A stretch of DNA of 64,000 nucleotides from Gemmatimonadales bacterium (GTDB lineage: Bacteria > Gemmatimonadota > Gemmatimonadetes > Gemmatimonadales > GWC2-71-9), in assembly GCA_965249575.1 (NCBI GenBank), contig OZ252244.1, positions 128,001-192,000 on the forward strand. The letters run 5' to 3'. Position 1 is the stretch's first letter; every line of letters starts with the position of its first letter. A program made the translations under genes and the position numbers. Shown piece by piece: positions 10,572 to 20,658 of this stretch. The notes under the pieces were generated by a model that did no database searches, was not told the origin of the DNA, and was given only the letters and a program-made list of their open reading frames with translations.

Positions 10572-11464
10572 CGCCGGAGGCGACGCGCCCTCAACGCGAA
10601 GGCCCGGTGTAGCGGGTGGGCATACGGCACGTCCGTCCGGAGCGCTACATGGTCGACGTGCGTTCGTTCGAGCGCGCGGGCTCGCGCCAGCTGGGCGTGC
10701 TCGGCGGCGACGCGCTGCTTGAGCCGCGCCGCCTCATCGGACGTGTCGACCAACATGCGATCCCCGCTCTCGGCATCCTCGAATTCGATCCAACCCGCGT
10801 CTGGGAGAGCATGTTCCCGAGAATCGTCCACCGTGATGGCCACGACTTCGTGGCGGAGTGACAGCCCGCGAAGGTGCTCTTCCCAGCCCGTCGCCCTGAA
10901 ATCAGACAAAACAGCCACGACCGAGCGGTGCCGTAACAGGCGAGACGCGTATTGCAGTGCCGCCCCCAGATTCGTTCCGCGGGCATCCGACTGAAACGCG
11001 AGTAAGTCGCGAATGACGCGGAGGGCGTGGCTCCGGCCCTTGGCGGGAGGCACCACGTGATCGATCCGTTCAGAGAACACCACGGCACCCACTCGGTCAT
11101 TCTGTCGGGCGGCGGCGAGGGCAAGAACCGCCGCCACCTCGACCGCCCGGGCGGACTTCGCGACCGGTTGCCCGAATTCCACGGAGCCCGACCGATCCAC
11201 CACGAGCAGAAGCGTTAGTTCCCGTTCTTCCTCGAACGTCTTGACGTAGGGAGAGCCCATGCGGGCCGATACATTCCAGTCGATAGCGCGAAAATCGTCG
11301 CCGTGTTGATACGATCGGACCTCCGCGAACTCGATACCCTGCCCACGGAACACCGAGCGATACTCCCCGGAGAAAAGGGTCGTCACGAGTCGACGGGTGC
11401 GGAGCTCGATCGCCTTGACCTGCTTGAGTACGTCAGCCGCGACGAACCCCGGAGGAGATGTCAC
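10568..11464 (-). CDS. DUF58 family protein
   Basis: GEYRSVFRGQGIEFAEVRSYQHGDDFRAIDWNVSAR, EEERE, DRSGS. Confidence 0.92.
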   Translation of the reverse strand: MTSPPGFVAADVLKQVKAIELRTRRLVTTLFSGEYRSVFRGQGIEFAEVRSYQHGDDFRAIDWNVSARMGSPYVKTFEEERELTLLLVVDRSGSVEFGQPVAKSARAVEVAAVLALAAARQNDRVGAVVFSERIDHVVPPAKGRSHALRVIRDLLAFQSDARGTNLGAALQYASRLLRHRSVVAVLSDFRATGWEEHLRGLSLRHEVVAITVDDSREHALPDAGWIEFEDAESGDRMLVDTSDEAARLKQRVAAEHAQLARARALERTHVDHVALRTDVPYAHPLHRAFALRARRLRR

Positions 11465-12435
11465 GGTGCTTCCACGGTGTCCAGGACCTTCGTAATGATG
11501 CCATCGGGCGTCACGTCTTCGGCTTCGGCCTCGAACGTCAGCAAGACTCGGTGTCGCAGGACGTCAGGTGCCATCGCCTTGACGTCCTCCGGCACTACGT
11601 AGGCCCTGCTCCGCATGAAGGCGTGGGCACGAGCCGCCTGCGCCAAGTAGATCGTGGCGCGCGGACTCGCACCGTAGGCGATCAGTGGCTTGAGGTCGTG
11701 AAGACCAAGTCGCTGGGGCTCGCGCGTGGCTCTTACGAGATCCACGATATAGTCCACGATCTTCTGATCCATGTACAGCTCGGAAATCGCCGTCCGGAGC
11801 GCGAGGATCTCACCGGCCCCGGCGACGGCGTCTATCGGGATTGGCCGCCCCCCAGCCATGCGCCACACGATGTCTTTCTCCTCATCGCGGGACGGGTACC
11901 CCACGCAGACCTTGAGCATGAAGCGGTCGAGTTGTGCTTCCGGAAGTTGATAGGTTCCCTCGTGCTCGATTGGGTTCTGCGTTGCCAGTACGAGGAACGG
12001 ATCTTCCAGCCGGTGCGTTTCCCCCCCGATGGTTACCTGCTGTTCTTGCATCGCCTCGAGCAGGGCCGCCTGCACCTTCGCGGGTGCGCGGTTGATTTCG
12101 TCGGCCACGATGATGTTTGCAAACAGAGGGCCGCGCTTCGGGTAGAACTCTCCCGTTTTCTGGTCAAAGACCATGGTGCCAATGATATCCGCCGGGAGGA
12201 GGTCGGGCGTGAATTGGATTCGCTGGAACGTCGTGCGGATGGTTTCGGCCAGGGACCGGACCGCAAGGGTCTTGGCTAAGCCGGGGACGCCTTCGAGAAG
12301 GATGTGTCCGCCAGTGAGCAGGCCGACGAGCAGTCGTTCCAGCATTCCTTCTTGACCGACCACGCGCTTGGAGACTTCCGAAACGATCGAGCTCGTGAGT
12401 GAGGCATCGCCCGCATGCAGTGGCCGAGTCGTCAT
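11461..12435 (-). CDS. MoxR-family AAA+ ATPase
   Basis: LEGVPGLAKT, RIQFTPDLLPADIIG, ADEINRAPAKVQAALLEAMQE, ATQNPIE, LPEAQLDRF. Confidence 0.95.
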   Translation of the reverse strand: MTTRPLHAGDASLTSSIVSEVSKRVVGQEGMLERLLVGLLTGGHILLEGVPGLAKTLAVRSLAETIRTTFQRIQFTPDLLPADIIGTMVFDQKTGEFYPKRGPLFANIIVADEINRAPAKVQAALLEAMQEQQVTIGGETHRLEDPFLVLATQNPIEHEGTYQLPEAQLDRFMLKVCVGYPSRDEEKDIVWRMAGGRPIPIDAVAGAGEILALRTAISELYMDQKIVDYIVDLVRATREPQRLGLHDLKPLIAYGASPRATIYLAQAARAHAFMRSRAYVVPEDVKAMAPDVLRHRVLLTFEAEAEDVTPDGIITKVLDTVEAP

Positions 12436-12516
12436 GTCATCTCTTCCCAGCCGAGCCGCTCCGCCGACCGGCGCGCGTATGCGCCGGCGGGAGCGCCCGA
12501 GGTGATCGGTCGAATT

Positions 12517-14157
12517 TCATCGCTTGATCCGTTCCGCACCGTCTTCGTGTTGAAACACCCAGCTCGCAAACCTCGATGGAGAGACCGGATCGCCGATTTC
12601 CATCGCTCCCCACTCTACGTCGCTACCGGAGGCCGGAGCGCGAGAGCCACGTTCTCCTGCTTGCTGCGCCACGCGGCGGGCACGGTCCACCCAGATCTCG
12701 CAGCTAGCCACACTGACGTCGACCCACCCCCGTGCCGCGGCGTGCTCGACATCGCCCTCTACCGGCAACACGATGACCTTCTCAGCTCTGTAAACTTTCC
12801 TGTCCTGCAGCAGGATCGGAAGGCCAACGGAGATGGGGAGCGATCGGAGATCTGCGTCCGCCGCAAGGAGCTCTGCCTCCCGCGACAGTTCCTCCGGATC
12901 GGCAGCTGCCAGCTCGCGCACGGTCTTTCGGAGGCGTGACAGGATGTATGCCTCATACAGGATCTTGGTAAGGCGCGGAGGGCCAAGCATCTCGAAGGCC
13001 ACCGACCGCACTCCGTGGCGCGCTTCGAGTCGCTGCAGTCGTTCGAGGGCGGAGGCCCGCAGGATAGCCGCTCGATAGGTGGGACCTGCGGTCGCGGAAT
13101 CCAGCGCTGCAACGATGTTGCGCCCCGTCGGGCGCCCTTCGAGCTCCATCACCACGTACTCCGCGACCTCCTCGGGCGTGATGAGCTCCATGGACCCGAG
13201 CGCGGTAACGGTCTCGAATTCCTCTCGAGAGAACACACCGTTCTCGCCGACGTCGATGTGAACCGACTCGATGGCCTTCCCGCTGTCGACCCATCCGGCG
13301 CACCCGGTCCCGAAGGCTTCGTTGACCAGCAAGGGTTCCGGACAATCGAACCGTGCAATGCCCTTCCCGCCCCTTCGGATCGGCCCGAACGCGATCTCTC
13401 GCCATCCGATGGTCGCGGTCGGCTTGATCTCGATTGTCGCCGGGGCACCCGGCGTTCGCCCGATCAGGAACAGGAGCAGCGAATGCGCGCCAGCTACCGC
13501 CGATTTCGTGAGTAACGTGCGAGACGGCCGCTCTTCGGAATGGGTATAGGGAATGTTCAACCCCATCCCCCCGGTGCCGCTGGTGCCGATCTTGACGTAC
13601 GCCTTCGTCTCTGTCGATCGCATCGCGGCAAGCGCGATCTGAACATGACGAATGAGCTGCGGCATGGTGAGCGTCAGAACGTGCTTCTCCGCAAGCTCGG
13701 CGGTGACCGCGCCGTGGCGTGCAGCGTGGAGCAACTCCCGGGCACTCTGGAATACGTCCTGGTAGGCCAGCGCCGTCGCCGTGTTGATGCAATCGACCAC
13801 CGCGTCCGGGTTGTATCGTTTGAGCAGCTGGTACAGAAAGCTCCGTTCGAGAACGTCTTCGTCGAGGTCGTCGAGCAAGCCAGCGACGAGTGCGCCCCGA
13901 TGGGCCGGGTCGGCCAACACCGAACCCTGATCCAGTTGCGCCAGCTCCGATGGGAAGAAGACGTTCCCCCATTCGGTTTCAATGAGTGTATCCCCGCTGC
14001 ACTTCTCAAAGGAGGCCGCCGCATCCCGCACTTCGGCCTCGCGAAGGGAGACCAACACAATTCGCCGGGGCTTGAAATCGAGGAGCCTGCGCACGACGGC
14101 CTGGCCGACGAGACCCGCCCCTCCCAGGACCAGGATGGTGCCTTGCTCGATATTCAT
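12517..14157 (-). CDS. Uncharacterised NAD(P)-binding Rossmann-fold protein (SDR-like N-terminus)
   Basis: LVLGGAGLVG dinucleotide-binding motif; 546 aa; ATGA overlap with rluB stop. Confidence 0.7.
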   Translation of the reverse strand: MNIEQGTILVLGGAGLVGQAVVRRLLDFKPRRIVLVSLREAEVRDAAASFEKCSGDTLIETEWGNVFFPSELAQLDQGSVLADPAHRGALVAGLLDDLDEDVLERSFLYQLLKRYNPDAVVDCINTATALAYQDVFQSARELLHAARHGAVTAELAEKHVLTLTMPQLIRHVQIALAAMRSTETKAYVKIGTSGTGGMGLNIPYTHSEERPSRTLLTKSAVAGAHSLLLFLIGRTPGAPATIEIKPTATIGWREIAFGPIRRGGKGIARFDCPEPLLVNEAFGTGCAGWVDSGKAIESVHIDVGENGVFSREEFETVTALGSMELITPEEVAEYVVMELEGRPTGRNIVAALDSATAGPTYRAAILRASALERLQRLEARHGVRSVAFEMLGPPRLTKILYEAYILSRLRKTVRELAAADPEELSREAELLAADADLRSLPISVGLPILLQDRKVYRAEKVIVLPVEGDVEHAAARGWVDVSVASCEIWVDRARRVAQQAGERGSRAPASGSDVEWGAMEIGDPVSPSRFASWVFQHEDGAERIKR

Positions 14158-14903
14158 TCGCGGGTCACGGACGTGCCGCCGTGCTCTGGGCAGGTTTGGA
14201 GCACCTCGATTCGCTTGACCTCAACGCGCGTCAGATGTCGCCACGTGCCTGGACCGAGCGAGCCCAGGCGAATGGGACCATGGGACAGCCGGGTCAGTCG
14301 CTCGACCTTGAGATTGAGCCGTTCACACACTCGCCGCACAATCCGGTAACGACCCTCGGCGAGGACGAGCACGACATCGGTCACGGCGTTGGAGACCGGA
14401 CGGAGATGACTTCGAATCAAGCGCAGGGGACGCCCATCGATCACGATGGGCGCCGAAAGGCCGCGTTCGATAGCGGCCGCTGGCCGGCCGTGAACCCGCA
14501 CCCGGTAGGTCCGCTCGACCTGGTACCGCGGGTGCATCAAACGATTCGCGGCACCGCCTTCCGTCGTCACCAGGAGCAGGCCCGACGACATGATATCCAG
14601 GCGTCCGACGTAGGTGAGCCCCGGAATCTTCGGGAGGAGCTCGAACACCGTTGGCCGATGGCGTGGATCCCTCCGGGTGACCACGTATCCGACCGGCTTG
14701 TGCAACGCGATCCAGGCCGATCGGCTGGGCCCGACACGCTTCCCCGAAACGGTGATTACGTCGGCCTCGGGATTGACACTCATGCCGATCGAGGCAACCG
14801 ACCCGTTCACCCGCACCCGGCCGCCGCGGATCAGATCCTCCGCCCGGCGCCTCGAGGCAATGCCAGCACGCGCGAGCGCGCGTTGGAGGCGCATCGACGT
14901 CAT
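14154..14903 (-). CDS. rluB: Ribosomal RNA pseudouridine synthase (RluB/RsuA family, S4 domain)
   Basis: RLQRALARAGIASRR, HKPVGYV, VGRLD catalytic Asp, MHPR; adjacent to scpAB. Confidence 0.85.
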   Translation of the reverse strand: MTSMRLQRALARAGIASRRRAEDLIRGGRVRVNGSVASIGMSVNPEADVITVSGKRVGPSRSAWIALHKPVGYVVTRRDPRHRPTVFELLPKIPGLTYVGRLDIMSSGLLLVTTEGGAANRLMHPRYQVERTYRVRVHGRPAAAIERGLSAPIVIDGRPLRLIRSHLRPVSNAVTDVVLVLAEGRYRIVRRVCERLNLKVERLTRLSHGPIRLGSLGPGTWRHLTRVEVKRIEVLQTCPEHGGTSVTRE

Positions 14904-15448
14904 TCCGGCGGAGTCCCCATGGCGGGTCGTAGGGCGACCGCCAGCTCTTCCGCCTGCGGTAGCTCTCCGAGCTCTCGTAGCCCGAGCAACTCGAGGAAGG
15001 TGGGCGTCGTGCCGTACAGCAACGGACGCCCCAGCGCTTCCCCCCGCCTGACCACGTCGACCAGCCCGCGCTCCTGCAGGGACCGTAACACGCCATCCGA
15101 AGCAACGCCACGAATCTCCTCGATCTCCGCCCGGCCGACTGGTTGCCGGTAGGCGATGATCGCGAGCGCTTCCATGGCCGCCTGCGACAGCCGGCGGGGG
15201 CGATGGACGATCTGCGCCTCCACAATCGCGTCGGCGAACTCCCGCCGGCTCAACACCTGCATCCCTTCCGCAAGCTCGACCAACTCTACGCCGTGCCCGC
15301 CGTTCGTGTATTCATCTCCCAGCTCGTTGAGTGCGGCTCGAATATCCCCGGGCGATGCGCTGATATCGAGGGACCCCAGCTCTCGGAGAGAGAGCGGACG
15401 GGAGGCCGCAAACAGAGCGGCCTCAATCAGTCGTGCCAGATCCGTCAC
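14900..15448 (-). CDS. scpB: SMC-Scp complex subunit ScpB
   Basis: IEAALFAA, LSQAAMEALAIIAYRQPV, IEEIRGV, GRPLLYGTTPTFL. Confidence 0.95.
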   Translation of the reverse strand: MTDLARLIEAALFAASRPLSLRELGSLDISASPGDIRAALNELGDEYTNGGHGVELVELAEGMQVLSRREFADAIVEAQIVHRPRRLSQAAMEALAIIAYRQPVGRAEIEEIRGVASDGVLRSLQERGLVDVVRRGEALGRPLLYGTTPTFLELLGLRELGELPQAEELAVALRPAMGTPPE

Positions 15449-16157
15449 GCGCGACCTCTAGACCAGAAAACGGCTCGACTTGCACGAGGCGGACATCTCC
15501 GAGCCTGGCCAGCTCCAACAAGGCCAGGAGCACCGACAAGATCTCGGCCACCGTCGGGTGGGCTCCAACGATGTCCGCGAAACTCAGTTCGTCCCGAGCC
15601 CCGAGTAATTCCCGAATGCGTGCTGTGGCCCCCTCGACATCCAGCGGTCGGGGGACGACCCGATGGATGATCGGGCGAGGCATTCCGTCGATCGCGCGCT
15701 CGGCAGCCTCGACCAAGCCCGCGAGATCGATGTGAATTGGAGGCGGCGGGAGCTCGGGTGGATCCGGCACCCAGCCCCGGACGAAATGATCCGCCTGCAG
15801 CCCCGCGCGCGCACTCAGCCACACTGCGACTTCCCGTACTTGTTCGTACTCGAGTAAACGGCGTACGAGTTCCGCTCGAGGATCTTCCCAGTCCTCCTCG
15901 TCCAATGGACGAGGCAGCAGCATCTGGATCTTGATACGAAGGAGCTGCGCGGCCATCTCCAGATAATCTGCCGCCTGATTGAGGCCGAGTGCCGCGATCG
16001 CCGAAAGGAATTGTTCCGCGACTCGAGCGATCGGAATGTCGGTAATGTCGATTTCCTGCTCTCGGATCAGGTGCAGGAGCAGCTCGAGGGGCCCGGAAAA
16101 GTCCTCCAGCTCGACCACGAACGCGCGGTCGGTGGAGAAAGCTACCGGGGTACTCAT
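15423..16157 (-). CDS. scpA: Segregation and condensation protein ScpA
   Basis: FSGPLELLLHLI, YLEMAAQLLRIK, EDPRAELVRRLLEY, LALLEL. Confidence 0.95.
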   Translation of the reverse strand: MSTPVAFSTDRAFVVELEDFSGPLELLLHLIREQEIDITDIPIARVAEQFLSAIAALGLNQAADYLEMAAQLLRIKIQMLLPRPLDEEDWEDPRAELVRRLLEYEQVREVAVWLSARAGLQADHFVRGWVPDPPELPPPPIHIDLAGLVEAAERAIDGMPRPIIHRVVPRPLDVEGATARIRELLGARDELSFADIVGAHPTVAEILSVLLALLELARLGDVRLVQVEPFSGLEVARDGSGTTD

Positions 16158-16835
16158 CTACCAGACCGGGAGCGGCTGAAGTGCGAACGGGGCCGCCAGA
16201 TCGAACGCAAGTCCGTAGAGCGCGAATGCGGGCATCAGGAGCGTGAAGAAGAAGCCGCGGAAGAAGATCAAGAGCCCAAGGAGTATGAGAATACCATAGG
16301 GCGCCAAGGCTCGGTAACGTGCCCCGACCCGCGGTGGTAGGAGATGATAAAGGATGTGGGAGCCGTCGAGCGGCGGAATGGGGATCAGGTTGAAAAAGCC
16401 GAGCAGCAGGTTGAGCCAGATACCAATGAAGGCCATCTGCTGGATGAACCCGAGGCTCGTCTCGGTCGAGGTCGCCCGCCCGATGATGCCGATCGCGATG
16501 CTCAATCCGACGCATAGGATCGCAAGCGCAAAGTTGGTCACGACCCCCGCGGACGATACGATGATATCGCCCCGCCGATAGTTCCGGTACTTCCGCGGAT
16601 CGACCGGGACTGGCTTGGCACCGCCGAAGACGAAACGTCCACCCGAGCCGTACCATAGCATCAGCGGGAGGAGCACGGTCATCCACGGATCGATGTGCTT
16701 GAGGGGATTAAACGTGAGACGGCCCATCCGGTACGCGGTGTCATCGCCTTGCCGCAGCGCGGCATAGCCGTGCGCGAACTCGTGCGCCACCATCGAGATG
16801 AGGAGCACGGGCATCGCCAGCAGAAATTCTCGCAT
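16158..16835 (-). CDS. Site-2 protease (M50 family) membrane metalloprotease
   Basis: HEFAH and NLIPIPPLDG motifs; ATG at 16835. Confidence 0.92.
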   Translation of the reverse strand: MREFLLAMPVLLISMVAHEFAHGYAALRQGDDTAYRMGRLTFNPLKHIDPWMTVLLPLMLWYGSGGRFVFGGAKPVPVDPRKYRNYRRGDIIVSSAGVVTNFALAILCVGLSIAIGIIGRATSTETSLGFIQQMAFIGIWLNLLLGFFNLIPIPPLDGSHILYHLLPPRVGARYRALAPYGILILLGLLIFFRGFFFTLLMPAFALYGLAFDLAAPFALQPLPVW

Positions 16836-16886
16836 GTGGGAGCGTGTTCCGTTGCGTCCGAGTGCGCGTAAACTAACGGGCCGCGC

Positions 16887-16915
16887 TTGACCACACAACA
16901 CGGCCACGGTAGCTT
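16887..16915 (+). promoter_or_regulatory. Candidate sigma-70 promoter of rpsT
   Basis: TTGACC-17 bp-TAGCTT upstream of AAGGAG RBS and GTG. Confidence 0.6.
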
Positions 16916-16962
16916 TTTAGACTGTACGCGTCACGAGAGTGCGTTCCAGCGAAGGAGATGAT

Positions 16963-17214
16963 GTGCCGAACACCCGGTCGGCGAAAAAGCGGCAGCGTCA
17001 GTCCGTCAGGGCAAACGCCCGAAACCGTGCGAGTCGATCCGCGATTCGCACAGCTATCAAGAAGGTTCGTGCTGCACAGACGGGGAAGGAAGCCGAAGCC
17101 GCGTACCGGAGCGCTGAGGTGCTGCTGGACCGTGCCGCGCGAACCGGCCTCATTCACCGAAACAACGTTGCGCGGCACAAATCGAGGCTGCAAAAGGGTC
17201 TGACCAAGACCTGA
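16963..17214 (+). CDS. rpsT: 30S ribosomal protein S20
   Basis: PNTRSAKKR...NRASRSAIRTAIKK...IHRNNVARHKSRL; RBS AAGGAG. Confidence 0.95.
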   Translation: MPNTRSAKKRQRQSVRANARNRASRSAIRTAIKKVRAAQTGKEAEAAYRSAEVLLDRAARTGLIHRNNVARHKSRLQKGLTKT

Positions 17215-17217
17215 CGC

Positions 17218-18126
17218 TTACAGCGCTGCCAGTTCCGCCCCACAGCGCTCGCAGTACCACTCCGTTGGCAGGTTCAGCGCACTGCAGTCCCCACACTTGA
17301 GCGTTTTCTCGGTCGACCCCGACCCCTTTTCGTGGGTAACCGACTGTCCCGAGCCGACGCCTTCGGCCCCGACATCGAGACCGCCCCCGGCCTTGCCTCC
17401 GCCCCGCCCCCCACCACTCGAGTAATCGGCGGTCTTGTACGAACCGCTAGCGCGCGACGCCGCGGGGCCATGCGTATCGTCTTCCGTCACCGACTTCAAG
17501 AACGCGAGCTCGTCGAACGCATTCGTCTGCGACGTCGACGGTGCGGGCTCCTCTTGGGGGTGCCCGCGGCTGGGCGGCGAAGCCCCGACAGGAGGGGGCG
17601 AAGGCACCGAGGCCGATGCCCGGCGGGGTGGTGGCGGGATTTCCTCGGACGCACGAGCCGGCGCCGCTCGTGAGGTCGGCGCCGCTTTCTTTCCCTCGAC
17701 GAGCACCATGACCTCTTCAAGCCGGCCGATTTCCTCATCCACCCGCTTGAGGTCTTCGCGTGCCGTGCCCAGTGCCGTCTGCACGTCCGAGTGCAGCTCG
17801 CGCCACTTGGATTCGTCGTACTCGCCCACGGCATGTCTCAACTCGGCTTCCGCGAGCCGTTCGGCGGCTTGGCCCTCACGCTCCGCCAGCCCCTCTCGGT
17901 TTTCGCGATGGCGCCGAAGCGCCTCCGACAGATCTTCCGTGTAGCCCCTGAGCTCGCCAAGCACATCGGAGAGCCGCTTCCGATAATCGGCCCGGACCCG
18001 CTCTCGAACAGGCTCTGGCGTCTTGTCGGCGGCCATCTCCAGCCGTTCCAGCCAGCGCTCGACCTCACGCCGCTCGGCAAGCAGGCGTTGGATCGCTGCA
18101 ACGGATTTGGATGTGGCCTTAGCCAT
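17218..18126 (-). CDS. Hypothetical protein: coiled coil, Pro/Gly-rich linker, C-terminal zinc ribbon
   Basis: ATG 18126 after GGAGGG; Glu/Arg/Leu heptads; CGDC...CERC at C-terminus. Confidence 0.8.
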   Translation of the reverse strand: MAKATSKSVAAIQRLLAERREVERWLERLEMAADKTPEPVRERVRADYRKRLSDVLGELRGYTEDLSEALRRHRENREGLAEREGQAAERLAEAELRHAVGEYDESKWRELHSDVQTALGTAREDLKRVDEEIGRLEEVMVLVEGKKAAPTSRAAPARASEEIPPPPRRASASVPSPPPVGASPPSRGHPQEEPAPSTSQTNAFDELAFLKSVTEDDTHGPAASRASGSYKTADYSSGGGRGGGKAGGGLDVGAEGVGSGQSVTHEKGSGSTEKTLKCGDCSALNLPTEWYCERCGAELAAL

Positions 18127-18221
18127 GCAATCCCTCCATACGGCCGCGCCGGCCGGGATTCCAACCAGGGCGTGGGTCGGCCCCCCTTCCCCGAGTTCCA
18201 CCCCACCGTCTTACCCCAATG

Positions 18222-18380
18222 ACGGACCCACGGCCCCAGGGCGCTTCCGCTGATCGCCGGTGCCGCCCCTGAGCGCCTCCGCAAGATAAACTCAGCCCCG
18301 CCACGGCGTTAGCCAGCTTGCCAGGACTCAGAACGCTTAAAGATGTAGGGAACAGCCCCCAGTTCCAAGGCCGGATCCGT
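18222..18380 (-). ncRNA. Candidate 6S RNA (SsrS-like rod with central bubble)
   Basis: Minus strand folds end to end: ACGGAUCC/GGGUCCGU, GGCC/GGCC, GGGC..UUCC/GGAA..GCCC, unpaired bubble, CGUUCUGAG/CUCAGGGGCG, GCAAG/CUUGC; G-U pairs favour minus strand. Confidence 0.6.
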
Positions 18381-18397
18381 GCAACCGCCAGCCGAGC

Positions 18398-19687
18398 TCA
18401 GGCCGTCCCAGCTTCGAAGGCCGTCACCCCCCTCACAATGGTGCGGACCACCCGTCCGCAAACCTCTCGGCCGGCAAACGGCGTGTTTCGGCTCTTCGAT
18501 AGGAATCGGTCCGGATCGACCACCCACCGCACCTCCGGCTCGAACACGACGAGATCGGCGACCGATCCGCGTCTGAGCGATCCACCGGGCAGGCCGAAGA
18601 TCTTGGCCGGCTTGGAGCTCATTCGGTCGATGAGGTCGGACAGCGTGAGCACGCCTCCACGCACCAGCGCGTCGATCCCGAGGGCCAGCGCAGTCTCCAA
18701 CCCCACGATCCCCATCGGCGCGTCGTCAAACTCCCGTTCCTTGGCATCGTAGTGGTGTGGAGCGTGGTCCGATGCCACTACGTCGAGCGTGCCATCCGCG
18801 AGCCCCTCACGGACCGCTGCAATGTCCTCCTCCTCCCGGAGGGGCGGGTTCATTTTCGCATTCGTGTTGTAGCCCTCGCACGCCTCATGAGTCAGCACAA
18901 AGTGGTGCGGAGTCGCTTCTGCGGTTACGAATACCCCGCGTTCCTTCCCGCGGCGGATGATCTCCACCGACCCGCGGGTGGAAACATGACACAGGTGTAC
19001 ATGTCCACCGGTCAGTTCAGCGAGAATCACGTCTCTGGCCACCATGATTTCCTCGGCGGCGGCGGGAATGCCCCTCAACCCGAGGCGGGTCGAGACCAGC
19101 CCTTCGTGCATGACCCCGCCAGCGGCCAGCGTAGGGTCCTCGCAGTGATCGGCGACTGGAATCCCAAAGGTACGGGCGTACTCGAGGGCGGTACGCATGA
19201 GCTGGCTCGACACCACGGGGCGGCCGTCGTCGCTCACCGCTACCGCTCCCGCCCCAACGAGCTCCCCAAATTCGGCGAGTTGCACGCCCTTCTGACCGAG
19301 TGAGATCGCGCCGATCGGATAGACGCGCGCCGCCCGGGCGGTGATCGCCTGTTTGACGATGAATCCGACGGCGGCCTGATTGTCCGTCACGGGGTCGGTG
19401 TTCGGCATAGCGCACACGGCGCTGAAGCCGCCGGCAGCGGCCGCGCGGGCGCCGGTTGCCACCGTCTCCATATGCTCCTGCCCGGGCTCTCGCAGGTGCA
19501 CGTGCACATCGATCAGCCCCGGCGAGACGATTTTCCCGGACACGTCGATTCGCTCCGCGTCGTCGGGTGGGCCCAGCCCGCGACCGATCGCCTCTACCTT
19601 TCCCTCGGCGAGCAGGACATCGGCGACGTCGTCGAAATCTTGGGAGGGATCGACGACCCGGCCCCCGGTGAAGAGAATCGGCCTCAT
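18398..19687 (-). CDS. pyrC: Dihydroorotase
   Basis: [40 protein letters not shown]. Confidence 0.96.
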   Translation of the reverse strand: MRPILFTGGRVVDPSQDFDDVADVLLAEGKVEAIGRGLGPPDDAERIDVSGKIVSPGLIDVHVHLREPGQEHMETVATGARAAAAGGFSAVCAMPNTDPVTDNQAAVGFIVKQAITARAARVYPIGAISLGQKGVQLAEFGELVGAGAVAVSDDGRPVVSSQLMRTALEYARTFGIPVADHCEDPTLAAGGVMHEGLVSTRLGLRGIPAAAEEIMVARDVILAELTGGHVHLCHVSTRGSVEIIRRGKERGVFVTAEATPHHFVLTHEACEGYNTNAKMNPPLREEEDIAAVREGLADGTLDVVASDHAPHHYDAKEREFDDAPMGIVGLETALALGIDALVRGGVLTLSDLIDRMSSKPAKIFGLPGGSLRRGSVADLVVFEPEVRWVVDPDRFLSKSRNTPFAGREVCGRVVRTIVRGVTAFEAGTA

Positions 19688-20658
19688 TCTGCACCCTCAC
19701 GATTGCCGCCCTTAGCCGCCTCCGCCCGAGCCGGGTTTCCCCCGGAAAGGAGGTAGAGTACCGCCATTCGGACGGCGATCCCGTTGGTCACCTGGTGCAG
19801 GATGACACTCTCGGGACCGTCGACCACGCGCGAGTCTACCTCCACCCCGCGGTTGACCGGCCCCGGATGCAAGACGATGGGTGCCTTGCCGGCGCACGCC
19901 AGGCGCTCGGCCGTCACACCAAACACCCGATTGTACTCTCTGACGGACGGGATGAACCCGGCGTGCATCCGCTCGAGCTGCAACCGCAAGACGTTGAGCG
20001 CGTCCGCCCACCGAATCGCGTCCTCGATCCGGTCGAACGCCTGGACACCGAGCTGTTCGATACCCCTGGGCATCAGCGACTTGGGACCGCACACCGCGAC
20101 CTCCGCGCCCAACTTGAGCAGTCCCCAAATGTTCGAACGCGCGACGCGACTGTGCAGGATGTCGCCGCAAATGCAAACCTTGGCTCCGCGAATGGAGCCG
20201 AGCCGGTCTCGAATGGTCAGAAGGTCGAGTAGCGCCTGCGTGGGGTGTTCGTGCTTCCCATCTCCCGCATTGATCACGCTGGAGCGGATCCGATTGGCCA
20301 GAAAATGCGCGGCCCCAGACGACGGGTGCCGCATGACGACCATGTCGATCCGCATGGACTCAAGATTCCGCGCCGTGTCGACGAGGTTTTCGCCTTTTTC
20401 GACCGACGACCCAAGCGATACGACGTTGACGGTGTCAGCCGACAGTCGTTTCTCCGCGAATTCGAACGATATGCGCGTGCGGGTCGAGGCCTCGAAGAAC
20501 AGATTGACGATCGTCTTCCCGCGCAGGGTGGGTACCTTCTTGATGGCGCGTTCGCTGACCTCCTTGAAGGGCTCGGCGGTATCCAGTATCAGCTCGATCT
20601 GTTCTGGGGTCAGCTCTTCGAGCCCCAGCAGGTCCTTCCCAAGCGAAGGTGTGGTCAC
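19684..20658 (-). CDS. pyrB: Aspartate carbamoyltransferase catalytic subunit
   Basis: [42 protein letters not shown]. Confidence 0.97.
   Translation of the reverse strand: MTTPSLGKDLLGLEELTPEQIELILDTAEPFKEVSERAIKKVPTLRGKTIVNLFFEASTRTRISFEFAEKRLSADTVNVVSLGSSVEKGENLVDTARNLESMRIDMVVMRHPSSGAAHFLANRIRSSVINAGDGKHEHPTQALLDLLTIRDRLGSIRGAKVCICGDILHSRVARSNIWGLLKLGAEVAVCGPKSLMPRGIEQLGVQAFDRIEDAIRWADALNVLRLQLERMHAGFIPSVREYNRVFGVTAERLACAGKAPIVLHPGPVNRGVEVDSRVVDGPESVILHQVTNGIAVRMAVLYLLSGGNPARAEAAKGGNREGAE

Noticed and set aside
18222..18380. Riboswitch (TPP, glycine, SAH), SRP RNA or tRNA-Sec
   Set aside because: Only short fragments such as GCUGAG or CUCAGG match; core consensus elements are missing
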